A DNA stretch of 64,000 nucleotides. It comes from an uncultured Bacilli bacterium (GTDB lineage Bacteria; Bacillota_I; Bacilli_A; RF39; UBA660). The stretch lies in the NCBI GenBank assembly GCA_944371525.1, contig CALVXP010000003.1, positions 111 through 64,110 of the forward strand, in the 5' to 3' direction. The notes beneath the pieces are model-generated. The model had not been told where the DNA came from, made no database searches, and saw only the letters and a list, made by a program, of their open reading frames with translations. Made by a program: the position numbers and the translations under genes. Below, piece after piece: positions 46,391 through 55,560 of the stretch (within the stretch, counting starts at the first letter, position 1; the number at the start of each line of letters is the position of its first letter).

Positions 46391-46418
46391 CGAAAAAAAG
46401 CGACCTTCTAAGTCGCTT
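46391..46418 (-). terminator. Intrinsic terminator about 165 nt downstream of the YihY-family gene
   Basis: On the minus strand, AAGCGAC-UUAGAAG-GUCGCUU is followed by UUUUUUCG. Confidence 0.65.
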
Positions 46419-46581
46419 ACCCGTAATAGGCTATTAATATTTATAAGGAGATCATAGTATTACTTTAAAATATATTATCGTTAGTTCACAGTAAAACTAG
46501 ATTAATAATATTAATAGTCTGTGAATTAGAATACACATAAGTAACACTATAAATTGTGTATTCTTTATTATTATATCTAAT

Positions 46582-47388
46582 TTAATCAGAATTATTATAT
46601 TTAGTAGCATTTATAGCCATACCTAATACAAAAACATAACATAAAACATACATCCATATCATTAACATAATAATTGTTGATAAATTTCCATATAAAACAT
46701 CATATTTAGCAAAATAAGTTACATAATAAGAAAATACTACTGTACTAATTACCCATATTACTGTTGTAAAAAAAGCTCCATATGTTGTTTCATTACTAGG
46801 TATTTGTTTACTTGGAGATATTGCATAAATTAATTTTATATTAAAGTAAATTATTAAAAATGATATTGGCCATTTAATTAAATCATAAATAAACATTAAA
46901 CTACCATCAAATATTTCAATACTTTCTAAAAGCGATAATATTTGTCCTCCTAGTATTGGTACTAATAACAAAAAGAAAAGTAATATTACTATTATTATTA
47001 GAATTAATACTGATTTTATTCTATCTTTTAACATATCATTTTCTTCTACTTTATATAAAGTATTAGAAGCTGTTATTATAGAATAAGTACCATTAGTAGC
47101 TACTGCAAAAGCTACAATATTAAATATTCCAATATTACTATCAAATCCTTTACCAGAAATTAATGCTATTATTGTATCTGATACTTGATTAGGAAATATA
47201 TCTTTAACTAAATCTGCTACTAAATCTATTGAAATAGAAAAGTATGAAGCTACCAAAATTATAATCGTTAAAAGAGGAATTAAAGCAAGTACAAAATAGA
47301 AAGCCATATTACCTGGTAATATATTCATTTCTGGTTTTCGTAAAACTTTAATTAACTTCTTTAAATAACGCTTTAACCTGGTCTTCAT
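46582..47388 (-). CDS. YihY/BrkB (RNase BN-like) family membrane protein
   Basis: 268 aa with about 6 TM segments and a MAFYFVLALIPLL-type N-terminal motif. Confidence 0.75.
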   Translation of the reverse strand: MKTRLKRYLKKLIKVLRKPEMNILPGNMAFYFVLALIPLLTIIILVASYFSISIDLVADLVKDIFPNQVSDTIIALISGKGFDSNIGIFNIVAFAVATNGTYSIITASNTLYKVEENDMLKDRIKSVLILIIIVILLFFLLLVPILGGQILSLLESIEIFDGSLMFIYDLIKWPISFLIIYFNIKLIYAISPSKQIPSNETTYGAFFTTVIWVISTVVFSYYVTYFAKYDVLYGNLSTIIMLMIWMYVLCYVFVLGMAINATKYNNSD

Positions 47389-47397
47389 ACTTTCACC

Positions 47398-49428
47398 CTA
47401 TTTCTTTTCTTTTTGTTGTCTCATTAAAATAGTTGCTTCATTAATTGCATCCTCAATGGTTTTAATATCATCAAGAATCATACTATAACCAATTGATGCT
47501 CCATATTGATGTGGTAATTCTTTTAATTCTTTATGAATTTTTCTTGTATATGCTATTACGGCTTTTTCTTCATAACCAACCATATATATTAAAAATTCAT
47601 TACCATCAGTTCTTATTATATCTGTTTTCTCAAGTTGATTATTTATAAGAATTGAAGCTGCTTTCTTTATTTCATTATCCCCTTCTTCAACTCCATAATT
47701 ATCATTAATATCTTTTATATTATTTAAATCTATTACAATAACTGCTTGAGGATATATAACATTTTCTTCCCATTTAGGAATATTATGATTTAAATAATTT
47801 CTATTTTTTAAGGAAGTCATAATATCTATATATTTTAGTTTATCATCTTTTCCTAATTTTTCTTTTTTATGTTTTTTGAACGCTACCATAAGAACAATTA
47901 TTCCCATAACAAAGAATAACGCTATAATTAAGTATTTAATTAAACTCTTTAAGAAGTCCATATTACTAATAGTAGCAGTCGTATTGTATTTATATTTTAT
48001 ATCATTATAATTAACTGTACTAATATAAGTTGTAAATAATTTAGCAAATGTTGTATTCTTATTAACATCTCTTATTACAAACTTAAAATCTTGATCAAGA
48101 AGTCCTGTATATAATACTTTGTATCCTAATAACTTTTGATCTTGGTAATATCTATAAGTATTAATATCTAATGCTATAATACTATTATTATCAACATTTT
48201 TTAAAAGTTCATCCGTATTATTAAAACCTTTAGTCTTAACATTATTACTACCTAAATAATCATCTAAATAAGTATTACTAACTACATATACTTCTTTATT
48301 ATCTAAACTTCTAATAGAATCTACTGTAAATGGTTCTTTAGCAAGTATTACATATTCTTCCTTTAAAGGAGATATTGAATATATTTTATCAATATTCGTT
48401 CCATCAACATTAAAGTTTGAAAATACTAAATCTACTTCTCCATTTGATAATGCTTGTCTAAGTTCTTTAATATTACTATACTCTACCATCTTGAAGTCTA
48501 CATCATAAGCATCTTCAAAACCACTTAAATAATTAGATATAGTACCTACAAAATCATTACTTTCACTATTTTCATATGGCATATTTACTACATAACCATA
48601 AGTATATGTACTACTATTATAACTTGATTTTTCTGAATCACTTATTTCTAAATATTTAAATGTCGATGTAAGTAAATTAGTGTTATAAGATTCATCATAA
48701 AGACTTGTAAACTGTTTATTATATTTCTTCATTATATTAAGAAGCGTTTCATTATTATTAATAGTTAAAACATATTTCTTACTTAAATCACTTACATGAA
48801 ATAATATATTTAAATTATTTTTAATAATATCATCTAAATATAAAGTCTTAGGAATTATTGCATAAGATAACTTTTCTTCTTTTATCGCAGTAATTATTTC
48901 TTCTTCTGACTTATATGGTGTATACTTTACTTCTTTAGCATCTACTAAATAATAAGACATTAAAGATAAATCTTCTTCTAATACCCCTATTTCTAAATTA
49001 CTTAAATCAGATATTTTATCAATACCTGCTGTTTTAGTGCTTACCACAACATAAGTATCTTCATATAATAATATATCATTATTACTAAGTTCTGAATCAC
49101 TACTTAATACTTTAAATGATACATTCTTATAATTAGTATCACTATCATATAAATAAGATATTTTATTAAATTTAATATTATATTTTTCTGTAAAATCATC
49201 TAAATAATCAAATGATACTCCACTTCCATTTTCCCCAAATACAGGAACATCATTATATATACTAACATCTATTACATTATTCTCATTATCTTTAATCCAT
49301 TTTTTTTCAAGTAAAGAAAAAGTTGAATCATCTTTACTATAATTTAAAATAAATATAAGTAATACTACTAAGAGAATAACACCAATTATCGTTAGTATTA
49401 AAGTTTTATTTGCCTTATTTTTTTTCAT
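47398..49428 (-). CDS. Membrane protein with two periplasmic solute-binding-like repeats and a degenerate C-terminal GGDEF domain
   Basis: The C-terminus reads LTSLKNRNYL...VIVIDLNNIKDINDNYGVEEGD...IIRTDGNEFLIY, with DGNEF in place of GGDEF. The start is the ATG at 49428, after GGTGA. Confidence 0.7.
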   Translation of the reverse strand: MKKNKANKTLILTIIGVILLVVLLIFILNYSKDDSTFSLLEKKWIKDNENNVIDVSIYNDVPVFGENGSGVSFDYLDDFTEKYNIKFNKISYLYDSDTNYKNVSFKVLSSDSELSNNDILLYEDTYVVVSTKTAGIDKISDLSNLEIGVLEEDLSLMSYYLVDAKEVKYTPYKSEEEIITAIKEEKLSYAIIPKTLYLDDIIKNNLNILFHVSDLSKKYVLTINNNETLLNIMKKYNKQFTSLYDESYNTNLLTSTFKYLEISDSEKSSYNSSTYTYGYVVNMPYENSESNDFVGTISNYLSGFEDAYDVDFKMVEYSNIKELRQALSNGEVDLVFSNFNVDGTNIDKIYSISPLKEEYVILAKEPFTVDSIRSLDNKEVYVVSNTYLDDYLGSNNVKTKGFNNTDELLKNVDNNSIIALDINTYRYYQDQKLLGYKVLYTGLLDQDFKFVIRDVNKNTTFAKLFTTYISTVNYNDIKYKYNTTATISNMDFLKSLIKYLIIALFFVMGIIVLMVAFKKHKKEKLGKDDKLKYIDIMTSLKNRNYLNHNIPKWEENVIYPQAVIVIDLNNIKDINDNYGVEEGDNEIKKAASILINNQLEKTDIIRTDGNEFLIYMVGYEEKAVIAYTRKIHKELKELPHQYGASIGYSMILDDIKTIEDAINEATILMRQQKEKK

Positions 49429-49429
49429 A

Positions 49430-49897
49430 CTATTCACCGTTATTTGTCCATCCTATTTCATCTAATGATGGGTGCTTATTTCCTGTAACAACATAAGGAT
49501 TATCTCCTTCACCAGTAGATTCTCTAGTCAAAAAGTATTGAACATTATAAAAATTCAATTGTTCTTCACTAAAACTTTCTAATGTAGATGATGCTATTTC
49601 CTTAGCTTTAGTAGAATCAATATCACTATTAAATGTAAGAATTACATTAATTATCTTTCCTTGAATTCTAACATTAGCGTCTTTTACTCCTTCTTTTTCT
49701 TTCATTTCTATTGCAATAGTATCTAATTCATCATTAGAAATTTCTACTTCTTCTATTCCATCTAATCTATTTCCATATTTATTAGAAGAACCTCCAACTA
49801 ATAACATTACAAAAAATACTAATATAATTAACAATAGAACTAAAGAAATCCCCACAGCAATAGCTAATTTCTTATGTTTTTTAATTAAATCTTTCAT
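49430..49897 (-). CDS. Hypothetical membrane-anchored protein
   Basis: An N-terminal TM segment is followed by a domain of about 110 aa. The ATG at 49897 follows GGAGG. No motif was recognised. Confidence 0.45.
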   Translation of the reverse strand: MKDLIKKHKKLAIAVGISLVLLLIILVFFVMLLVGGSSNKYGNRLDGIEEVEISNDELDTIAIEMKEKEGVKDANVRIQGKIINVILTFNSDIDSTKAKEIASSTLESFSEEQLNFYNVQYFLTRESTGEGDNPYVVTGNKHPSLDEIGWTNNGE

Positions 49898-50030
49898 TAT
49901 AACCTCCACTTTCTATACTAATATATTATACTATATTATTATTTAATAATCAATAATATTTTCTTAGTATTTCGGTTATAGTTCGACAAAATATTACATA
50001 AATTAGATATATACTAAATACGGTGATAAG

Positions 50031-50501
50031 ATGAAAGAAAAAATAATAAATCAAACAAAAAAAGTAGTAATTCCTGTATTTATATCAATACTATGTGGAG
50101 CAATATGTGGTAAAATTGTCTATAACATATATGATGAAAACAACACTTTTTTAGCAAATAATACTATGTATTTATTACAAGCGGGAGCCTACTCTAGTTA
50201 TGATAATATGAGAGCTAACACAATGGGAAATAATTATGTATATTATGAAGATGATGGTTTATATAAAGCAATTATTGGTATTACTTCTTCTTATGATAAT
50301 ATTGAAAAAATTAAAAACGCTTACAATGGAGAAGTTATTGTTAATGAATACTATTTAAATGATATTGAATTATCTAATAAAATTTATGAACTTGATAAAG
50401 AATTGAGTAAAGAAGAAGACACCAATAATATCAAAGAAATAATCAATTCTATGTTAGCATTATATAAAGAAGAAAATATAAATTTAACAAAAGTTAATTA
50501 A
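50031..50501 (+). CDS. Membrane-anchored SPOR-like domain protein
   Basis: A TM anchor is followed by YLLQAGAYSSYDNMRAN...YKAIIGITSSYDNIEKIK, a SPOR-like beta-alpha-beta-beta pattern. Confidence 0.5.
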   Translation: MKEKIINQTKKVVIPVFISILCGAICGKIVYNIYDENNTFLANNTMYLLQAGAYSSYDNMRANTMGNNYVYYEDDGLYKAIIGITSSYDNIEKIKNAYNGEVIVNEYYLNDIELSNKIYELDKELSKEEDTNNIKEIINSMLALYKEENINLTKVN

Positions 50502-50516
50502 ATGTATGTAAAGTAA

Positions 50517-50545
50517 TTGACTTTTTTTTTATTTTACTATAAAAT
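50517..50545 (+). promoter_or_regulatory. Promoter of tRNA-Ser
   Basis: TTGACT (50517-50522), 17-nt spacer, TAAAAT (50540-50545). It lies about 15 nt before the tRNA 5' end. Confidence 0.5.
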
Positions 50546-50560
50546 TAGATATGTAGCCAT

Positions 50561-50651
50561 GGAGACGTACTCAAGAGGCTGAAGAGGCGCCCCTGCTAAG
50601 GGTGTAGACCGGGAAACTGGTGCGAGGGTTCAAATCCCTCCGTCTCCGCCA
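50561..50651 (+). tRNA. tRNA-Ser (anticodon GCU), long variable arm, CCA encoded
   Basis: The acceptor stem GGAGACG pairs with CGTCTCC. The anticodon loop is CU-GCU-AA. There is a long extra arm (GGTGTAGACCGGGAAACTGGTGC), a T-arm GAGGGTTCAAATCCCTC, and a 3' GCCA end. Confidence 0.93.
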
Positions 50652-50662
50652 TTTATGTAATT

Positions 50663-50687
50663 AAGAACATTATGTTCTTTTTTTATT
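50663..50687 (+). terminator. Intrinsic terminator after tRNA-Ser
   Basis: AAGAACA-TTA-TGTTCTT is followed by TTTTTATTT. Confidence 0.7.
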
Positions 50688-50695
50688 TGTTATTA

Positions 50696-50724
50696 TTGAT
50701 TTATACTTTATTTTTTTGTATAAT
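50696..50724 (+). promoter_or_regulatory. Promoter of the ComGA/PilB-like ATPase gene
   Basis: TTGATT (50696-50701), 17-nt spacer ending in TG, TATAAT (50719-50724). Confidence 0.55.
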
Positions 50725-50753
50725 ACATATAGAGAATAAGAAAAGAGGGTACT

Positions 50754-51992
50754 ATGAGAAAGACTTTTGATTTTACTAAAATGCCAGTCGTTGATGCTGT
50801 CAATGAAATTATTATATATGCCGCAGAAAAAGGTGCATCAGATATTCATTTTGACCCAGCAGATGATTACTTAAGAGTTAGAATAAGGATAGATGGTGTA
50901 CTAGATACTCTTACAACTATTCCTAATGGCGTTCGTCAAAATATTATTACAAGAATAAAAATACTTGCTGGAATGAACATAACAGAAACTAGATTACCAC
51001 AAGATGGCGCAATAAAAACAATATTAAGAGGAATAAACTTAGATATGCGTGTATCTGCTTTACCTACTAAACGTGGTGAAAAAATAGTTATTCGTATTAT
51101 GGATTATTCAATGAGTTTAAAAGGTATTGAATACTTATATTTTAGTGAAGTTAATTATAAAAAAGTATTAAAAATGATTAGTGCTCCTAATGGAATTATC
51201 TTAGTAACTGGTGCTACTGGTTCTGGTAAATCTACTACCGTATATTCATTTTTACAAAGACTTAATGTTGAAGGATCCAACTTAGTTACTGTTGAAGACC
51301 CCGTTGAAATGGATATTGAAGGAATTAATCAAGTTCAAGTTAATAGTGAAATAGGACTTGATTTTGCAACAGTACTTAGAAGTATTTTAAGACAAGACCC
51401 TAATGTTATTATGATTGGAGAAATTCGTGATAGCGAAACAGCCAGAATAGCTGTTAGAGCATCCATTACAGGTCACTTAGTATTATCAACTATTCACACC
51501 AATAACTCCTTAAACACCATAGAAAGACTCTTAGATATGGATGTTGAAAGATACTTACTTGCTAGTGCTCTTATGGGAATAATATCTCAAACATTAGCTA
51601 GAAAATTATGTGACAAATGTAAGCATTTAAGACCTACTACTCAATATGAAAAGAATTTATTTAAATTAGTATTAGGTAGAGAAGTAAATCAAATATATGA
51701 AGCAGGGGATTGTGATGAATGTAATAATGGTTTTAAAGGAAGAGTAGCACTTCATGAAGTATTACTTATAAATCAAGATATAAGAGATGCTATTAGTGCT
51801 GGAATAAGAAAAGACCAATTAAGAAAACTTGTATATACAAAGGATGTAATCACTATGTTACAAGATGGATTATATAAAGTGCTAGCAGGCTTTACAACAT
51901 TTGAAGAAGTACTTAGATTAGTCGATTTAGATGAAAGTATTGATTCTGATGAAATAAAAGCTAATATTACTAATAGTTTAAATAATAAATAA
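50754..51992 (+). CDS. GspE/PilB/ComGA-family secretion ATPase (short form, no N-terminal GSPII domains)
   Basis: GATGSGKSTT is Walker A. The Asp box, Walker B (VIMIGEIRD), His box (GHLVLSTIHTN) and a tetracysteine motif (CDKC...CDEC) are all present. Confidence 0.85.
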   Translation: MRKTFDFTKMPVVDAVNEIIIYAAEKGASDIHFDPADDYLRVRIRIDGVLDTLTTIPNGVRQNIITRIKILAGMNITETRLPQDGAIKTILRGINLDMRVSALPTKRGEKIVIRIMDYSMSLKGIEYLYFSEVNYKKVLKMISAPNGIILVTGATGSGKSTTVYSFLQRLNVEGSNLVTVEDPVEMDIEGINQVQVNSEIGLDFATVLRSILRQDPNVIMIGEIRDSETARIAVRASITGHLVLSTIHTNNSLNTIERLLDMDVERYLLASALMGIISQTLARKLCDKCKHLRPTTQYEKNLFKLVLGREVNQIYEAGDCDECNNGFKGRVALHEVLLINQDIRDAISAGIRKDQLRKLVYTKDVITMLQDGLYKVLAGFTTFEEVLRLVDLDESIDSDEIKANITNSLNNK

Positions 51993-52006
51993 CCTAGGAT
52001 AATTAT

Positions 52007-52306
52007 TTATCCTAGGTTTTCTTCATCATTAATTCCTTTATTAAATTTATTAATTTCTCTTAAATATTCTTGATATACTTTATTATTATTTAAAATATTT
52101 ACCTTTTCTTCTATTAATTTATTTATTTCTATATATTTAGGATTGTTATCATATTCTAAACACAATGCTTCACTTTGTAATTTATTTATTTCTGTCATTA
52201 ATTTACTAATACTAGAATCTTTTTTTAATATATCCCCTATTTTATTATATTCATCATATAATGAAGAAGATTTAATATCATTAAATAATTTATTTATATT
52301 ACTCAT
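52007..52306 (-). CDS. ymcA: YmcA/YlbF-family (RicA-like) protein
   Basis: A helical protein of about 100 aa immediately downstream of miaB, as ymcB-ymcA are arranged in Bacillus. The start is the ATG at 52306, 9 nt after GGAG. Confidence 0.6.
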   Translation of the reverse strand: MSNINKLFNDIKSSSLYDEYNKIGDILKKDSSISKLMTEINKLQSEALCLEYDNNPKYIEINKLIEEKVNILNNNKVYQEYLREINKFNKGINDEENLG

Positions 52307-53720
52307 TATAAAGTTCTCCATCTAATGACCAAGTCTTTACATCTGTAATTTTAACATTTACGATTTTACCAAGATAAGATTCGTCACATTTAACATTAAC
52401 AAGCTTCATTGTATCAGTATACCCCATTAAATATCCCTGTTTTTCAGAAGCCCCTTCAATTAAAACTTCTACTACTTTATCTTTATATTTCATATTATTA
52501 ATATTAGCATACTTATTTACAAGTTCATTTAGTCTTGCTAATCTTTCTTTTTTCTCTTCCATACTAACATTATCTTCCATATTATAAGCAGGGGTTCCGA
52601 CTCTTTTAGAAAATATAAAAGTATATGCTAAATCATATTTTAACTTATCTACTACTTCCAAAGTATCTTTGAAGTCTTCTTCTGTCTCACCTGGAAAACC
52701 TACAATTATGTCAGTAGAAATTGCTACATTAGGAATCTTATTTTTTATTTTATTAAATAATTCAATATATTCTTCTTTAGTATATCTTCTACCCATTAAT
52801 TTTAAAATTCTACTACTTCCTGATTGAATAGGTAAATGAATATAAGGCATAACATTATCATATTTTGCTATTACATCAATCATATCATCAGTAAAATCCC
52901 AAGGATGAGAAGTAATAAACCTTACCCTAGGAATTCCGATTTTAGCAACATCTTCAAGTAAATTAGTCATAGTATAATTTATATCTAAATCTTTTCCATA
53001 AGCATTAACATTTTGACCAAGTAAAGTAATTTCCATATACCCTTCTTTTTTTAATTCTTCTACTTCTTTTAAAATATCTTCAGGTAACCTACTTCTTTGT
53101 TTTCCCCTAGTATAAGGAACAATACAATATGTACAGAACTTATCACAACCATACATTATATTTACCCAAGCTTTATATTTAGAATCTCTTTTTACAGGTA
53201 TTCCTTCATATACAACTCCTTCAATACTATATACTTCTATTTCTTGTTTTCTGCTCTTATATAAATCACTTAAATATATTGGTAACTTGTGAATATTATG
53301 AGTACCAAAAACTATATCTACCCATTTGTATTTATCTTTTATCATATTAGCAATACTCTCTTCTTGTGCCATACAACCACAGAAAATAGTTATAATATCT
53401 TTTTTAGTTTCTCTTAAATGTTTAATTCTACCTAACATACCCACTACTTTATTATGAGCATTTTCTCTGATTGCACAAGTATTAATTACAATAATATCAG
53501 CTTCATCCATATTATCAGTTCTTATATATTTCATATCTTCTAATATTGCACTAATATTTTCTGAATCATGAACATTCATCTGACAACCATATGTAATTAT
53601 ATGATATTTTTTATTTATACCAACATTTTTTACATCATTAGGAATTACATAATCATCTTTTATTATTTGAATTTTATTTTTTGTTCTTTTTTTTGCATCT
53701 TTTAAATTTGGAAGCATCAT
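52299..53720 (-). CDS. miaB: tRNA-i6A37 methylthiotransferase MiaB
   Basis: The UPF0004 N-terminus is TYGCQMNVHDSE. The radical-SAM motif is CDKFCTYC. A C-terminal TRAM domain is present. Confidence 0.9.
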   Translation of the reverse strand: MMLPNLKDAKKRTKNKIQIIKDDYVIPNDVKNVGINKKYHIITYGCQMNVHDSENISAILEDMKYIRTDNMDEADIIVINTCAIRENAHNKVVGMLGRIKHLRETKKDIITIFCGCMAQEESIANMIKDKYKWVDIVFGTHNIHKLPIYLSDLYKSRKQEIEVYSIEGVVYEGIPVKRDSKYKAWVNIMYGCDKFCTYCIVPYTRGKQRSRLPEDILKEVEELKKEGYMEITLLGQNVNAYGKDLDINYTMTNLLEDVAKIGIPRVRFITSHPWDFTDDMIDVIAKYDNVMPYIHLPIQSGSSRILKLMGRRYTKEEYIELFNKIKNKIPNVAISTDIIVGFPGETEEDFKDTLEVVDKLKYDLAYTFIFSKRVGTPAYNMEDNVSMEEKKERLARLNELVNKYANINNMKYKDKVVEVLIEGASEKQGYLMGYTDTMKLVNVKCDESYLGKIVNVKITDVKTWSLDGELYNE

Positions 53721-53724
53721 ACTA

Positions 53725-55551
53725 TCACTTCTTTCTTATCTTCTTTTTGGCTACTAAATAATTATACTCACTAGCAAATAAAGCATTATTTTTAATTCTT
53801 TCATTTAAATATGGGCACGCTTCTTTTAAAATGTTTTCCCATTTATAAATAGTTTTATCATCAAAATTTCCATTAAACAATATATCATATATAACATATT
53901 GACCAAGCGCATCAGCATATCTTCTAAGAGGACTAGTGGAATGTGAATAATAATCAAGACCTAATCCATAGTGTTTTGCACTTGTACTAGAATATTCAGC
54001 ATTTAAATATCTCTCCTTGACAGCATTTAATATTTTAACACACTTAGGATTATTACGCAATGTACCTGAATCAATTCCTAATATAAGCATTATATTTTTA
54101 TCAATATCAGCACTTGGCGCATTATGAATTCTATGTATATAAGGATACCCTCTTTGTACAAAATATTTATCAACATAACTATTAGTAAGAATCATCATTT
54201 CTTGAACAATTTTTGCCGCATTAGATTTATTCGCTAATAAACTATTAGTAACTTCTCCTGTTGTTTTATTTTCTGTTTTTCTATAAATATCCTTATATAA
54301 ATTTCCACTTTTTAAAATTGAAGAAATACAATTCAAGGCTAATAACATAGTATCTGTATAATTATTTCCAATTTTACTTAATCTTTTATCTACTTCACTA
54401 TAACTAAGAGATTTACCAACCTTTATTAAAGAACGCTCTATTACAAAACTATCTGGATCTATTTCAAAACTAGAAGTAACAATAAATTTATATGTAATAA
54501 CTTTTCTAACATTTCCCTCTAGCATAGATCCCAAATCATTAGATATAACTTCTGGATATACAGTAATTTCATTATCACACAAATATATTGTTTCAGCACT
54601 TTTATATGCCATTAAATCTAGATAACTATCTTTCTTTATTAATGTAGGAACATCAGATATATGAATATATAAAGTATATGTCCCATCAATATTTTTTTCA
54701 ATAAATAAACCATCATCATTACATTTATTACCTTCATCATCAATAGTTATAACATTTTGATATCTATAATCATGTCTTGCATATTCACATATACTGCAAT
54801 CTGAAATATCATAATGAAGATTATTATTTGTACTAACATTGTATTTTTTCTTTAAATCTTCTTGAAAAATTTTCTTATTATTTAACCTATCAATAAGCAA
54901 TTTTACATGTTCTTTTTTATTACCACTATTTAATATTTTCATATACTTTTCACTATTTTTTGATAAATATCTATTGAAACTACTTCTAGCAAAAATCACA
55001 ATAAGTTTATAATAGTAATTGATTTCATCTTCTTCTATTACATTTACATAATCTTCTAAAATATTGCTAAATACTTCATCTATTACTTTACAATCTATGT
55101 TTTTCTTACTCTTTATTAAAGTTTCAATATTTTCAATAGATTTTTCTTCATAAATTAACTTATAAAATATATTAAATATATTATTTTGTTGTTCTTCTCT
55201 TTTTTTAGTTTCAATTTCTCTTAAAATTTTTATTAATCTATTTTTTAAGCCAATAATATCATTTTTACTTTTTTTAGTGTAAGTAGCCTCTATTCTATTA
55301 TTTAATTTTTTTATTAGTTCTACTATTATCTTTAACTTTTTTTCTTCATCTTCACAATTTACAACAAATTCTATTTCATTAAAAATATCTTCAATTAACT
55401 CTTTATTTTTATTTGCATGTTTCATTAATGTATATAAAGCATCAACCATACCAGTCATAACTGATATAAAATAATTATCCATATAGTCTTCCAACTCATA
55501 TATTTTCAAATCATAATTTAAAATTTTTTGTTCAATCTCCTTATTACTCAT
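53725..55551 (-). CDS. RNB-domain exoribonuclease (RNase II/R superfamily) with a non-canonical N-terminus and no S1 tail
   Basis: RNB motifs are present: ...DDGLFIEK...LYIHISDV... and HYGLGLDYYSHSTSPLRRYADAL. The first approximately 265 aa are helical and low-complexity rather than cold-shock-like. Confidence 0.75.
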   Translation of the reverse strand: MSNKEIEQKILNYDLKIYELEDYMDNYFISVMTGMVDALYTLMKHANKNKELIEDIFNEIEFVVNCEDEEKKLKIIVELIKKLNNRIEATYTKKSKNDIIGLKNRLIKILREIETKKREEQQNNIFNIFYKLIYEEKSIENIETLIKSKKNIDCKVIDEVFSNILEDYVNVIEEDEINYYYKLIVIFARSSFNRYLSKNSEKYMKILNSGNKKEHVKLLIDRLNNKKIFQEDLKKKYNVSTNNNLHYDISDCSICEYARHDYRYQNVITIDDEGNKCNDDGLFIEKNIDGTYTLYIHISDVPTLIKKDSYLDLMAYKSAETIYLCDNEITVYPEVISNDLGSMLEGNVRKVITYKFIVTSSFEIDPDSFVIERSLIKVGKSLSYSEVDKRLSKIGNNYTDTMLLALNCISSILKSGNLYKDIYRKTENKTTGEVTNSLLANKSNAAKIVQEMMILTNSYVDKYFVQRGYPYIHRIHNAPSADIDKNIMLILGIDSGTLRNNPKCVKILNAVKERYLNAEYSSTSAKHYGLGLDYYSHSTSPLRRYADALGQYVIYDILFNGNFDDKTIYKWENILKEACPYLNERIKNNALFASEYNYLVAKKKIRKK

Positions 55552-55560
55552 CTTGGTCTC

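Noticed and set aside
46419-46581. Two consecutive hairpins (GAATACACA...TGTGTATTC and TTCACAG...CTGTGAA) and a TAATAGGCTATTA palindrome between the YihY-family stop and its terminator.
   Set aside because: This could be a structured 3' UTR or another sRNA. I found no promoter-like element, and the stems are AT-rich and imperfect internally. It is noted as part of the terminator region rather than as a separate element.
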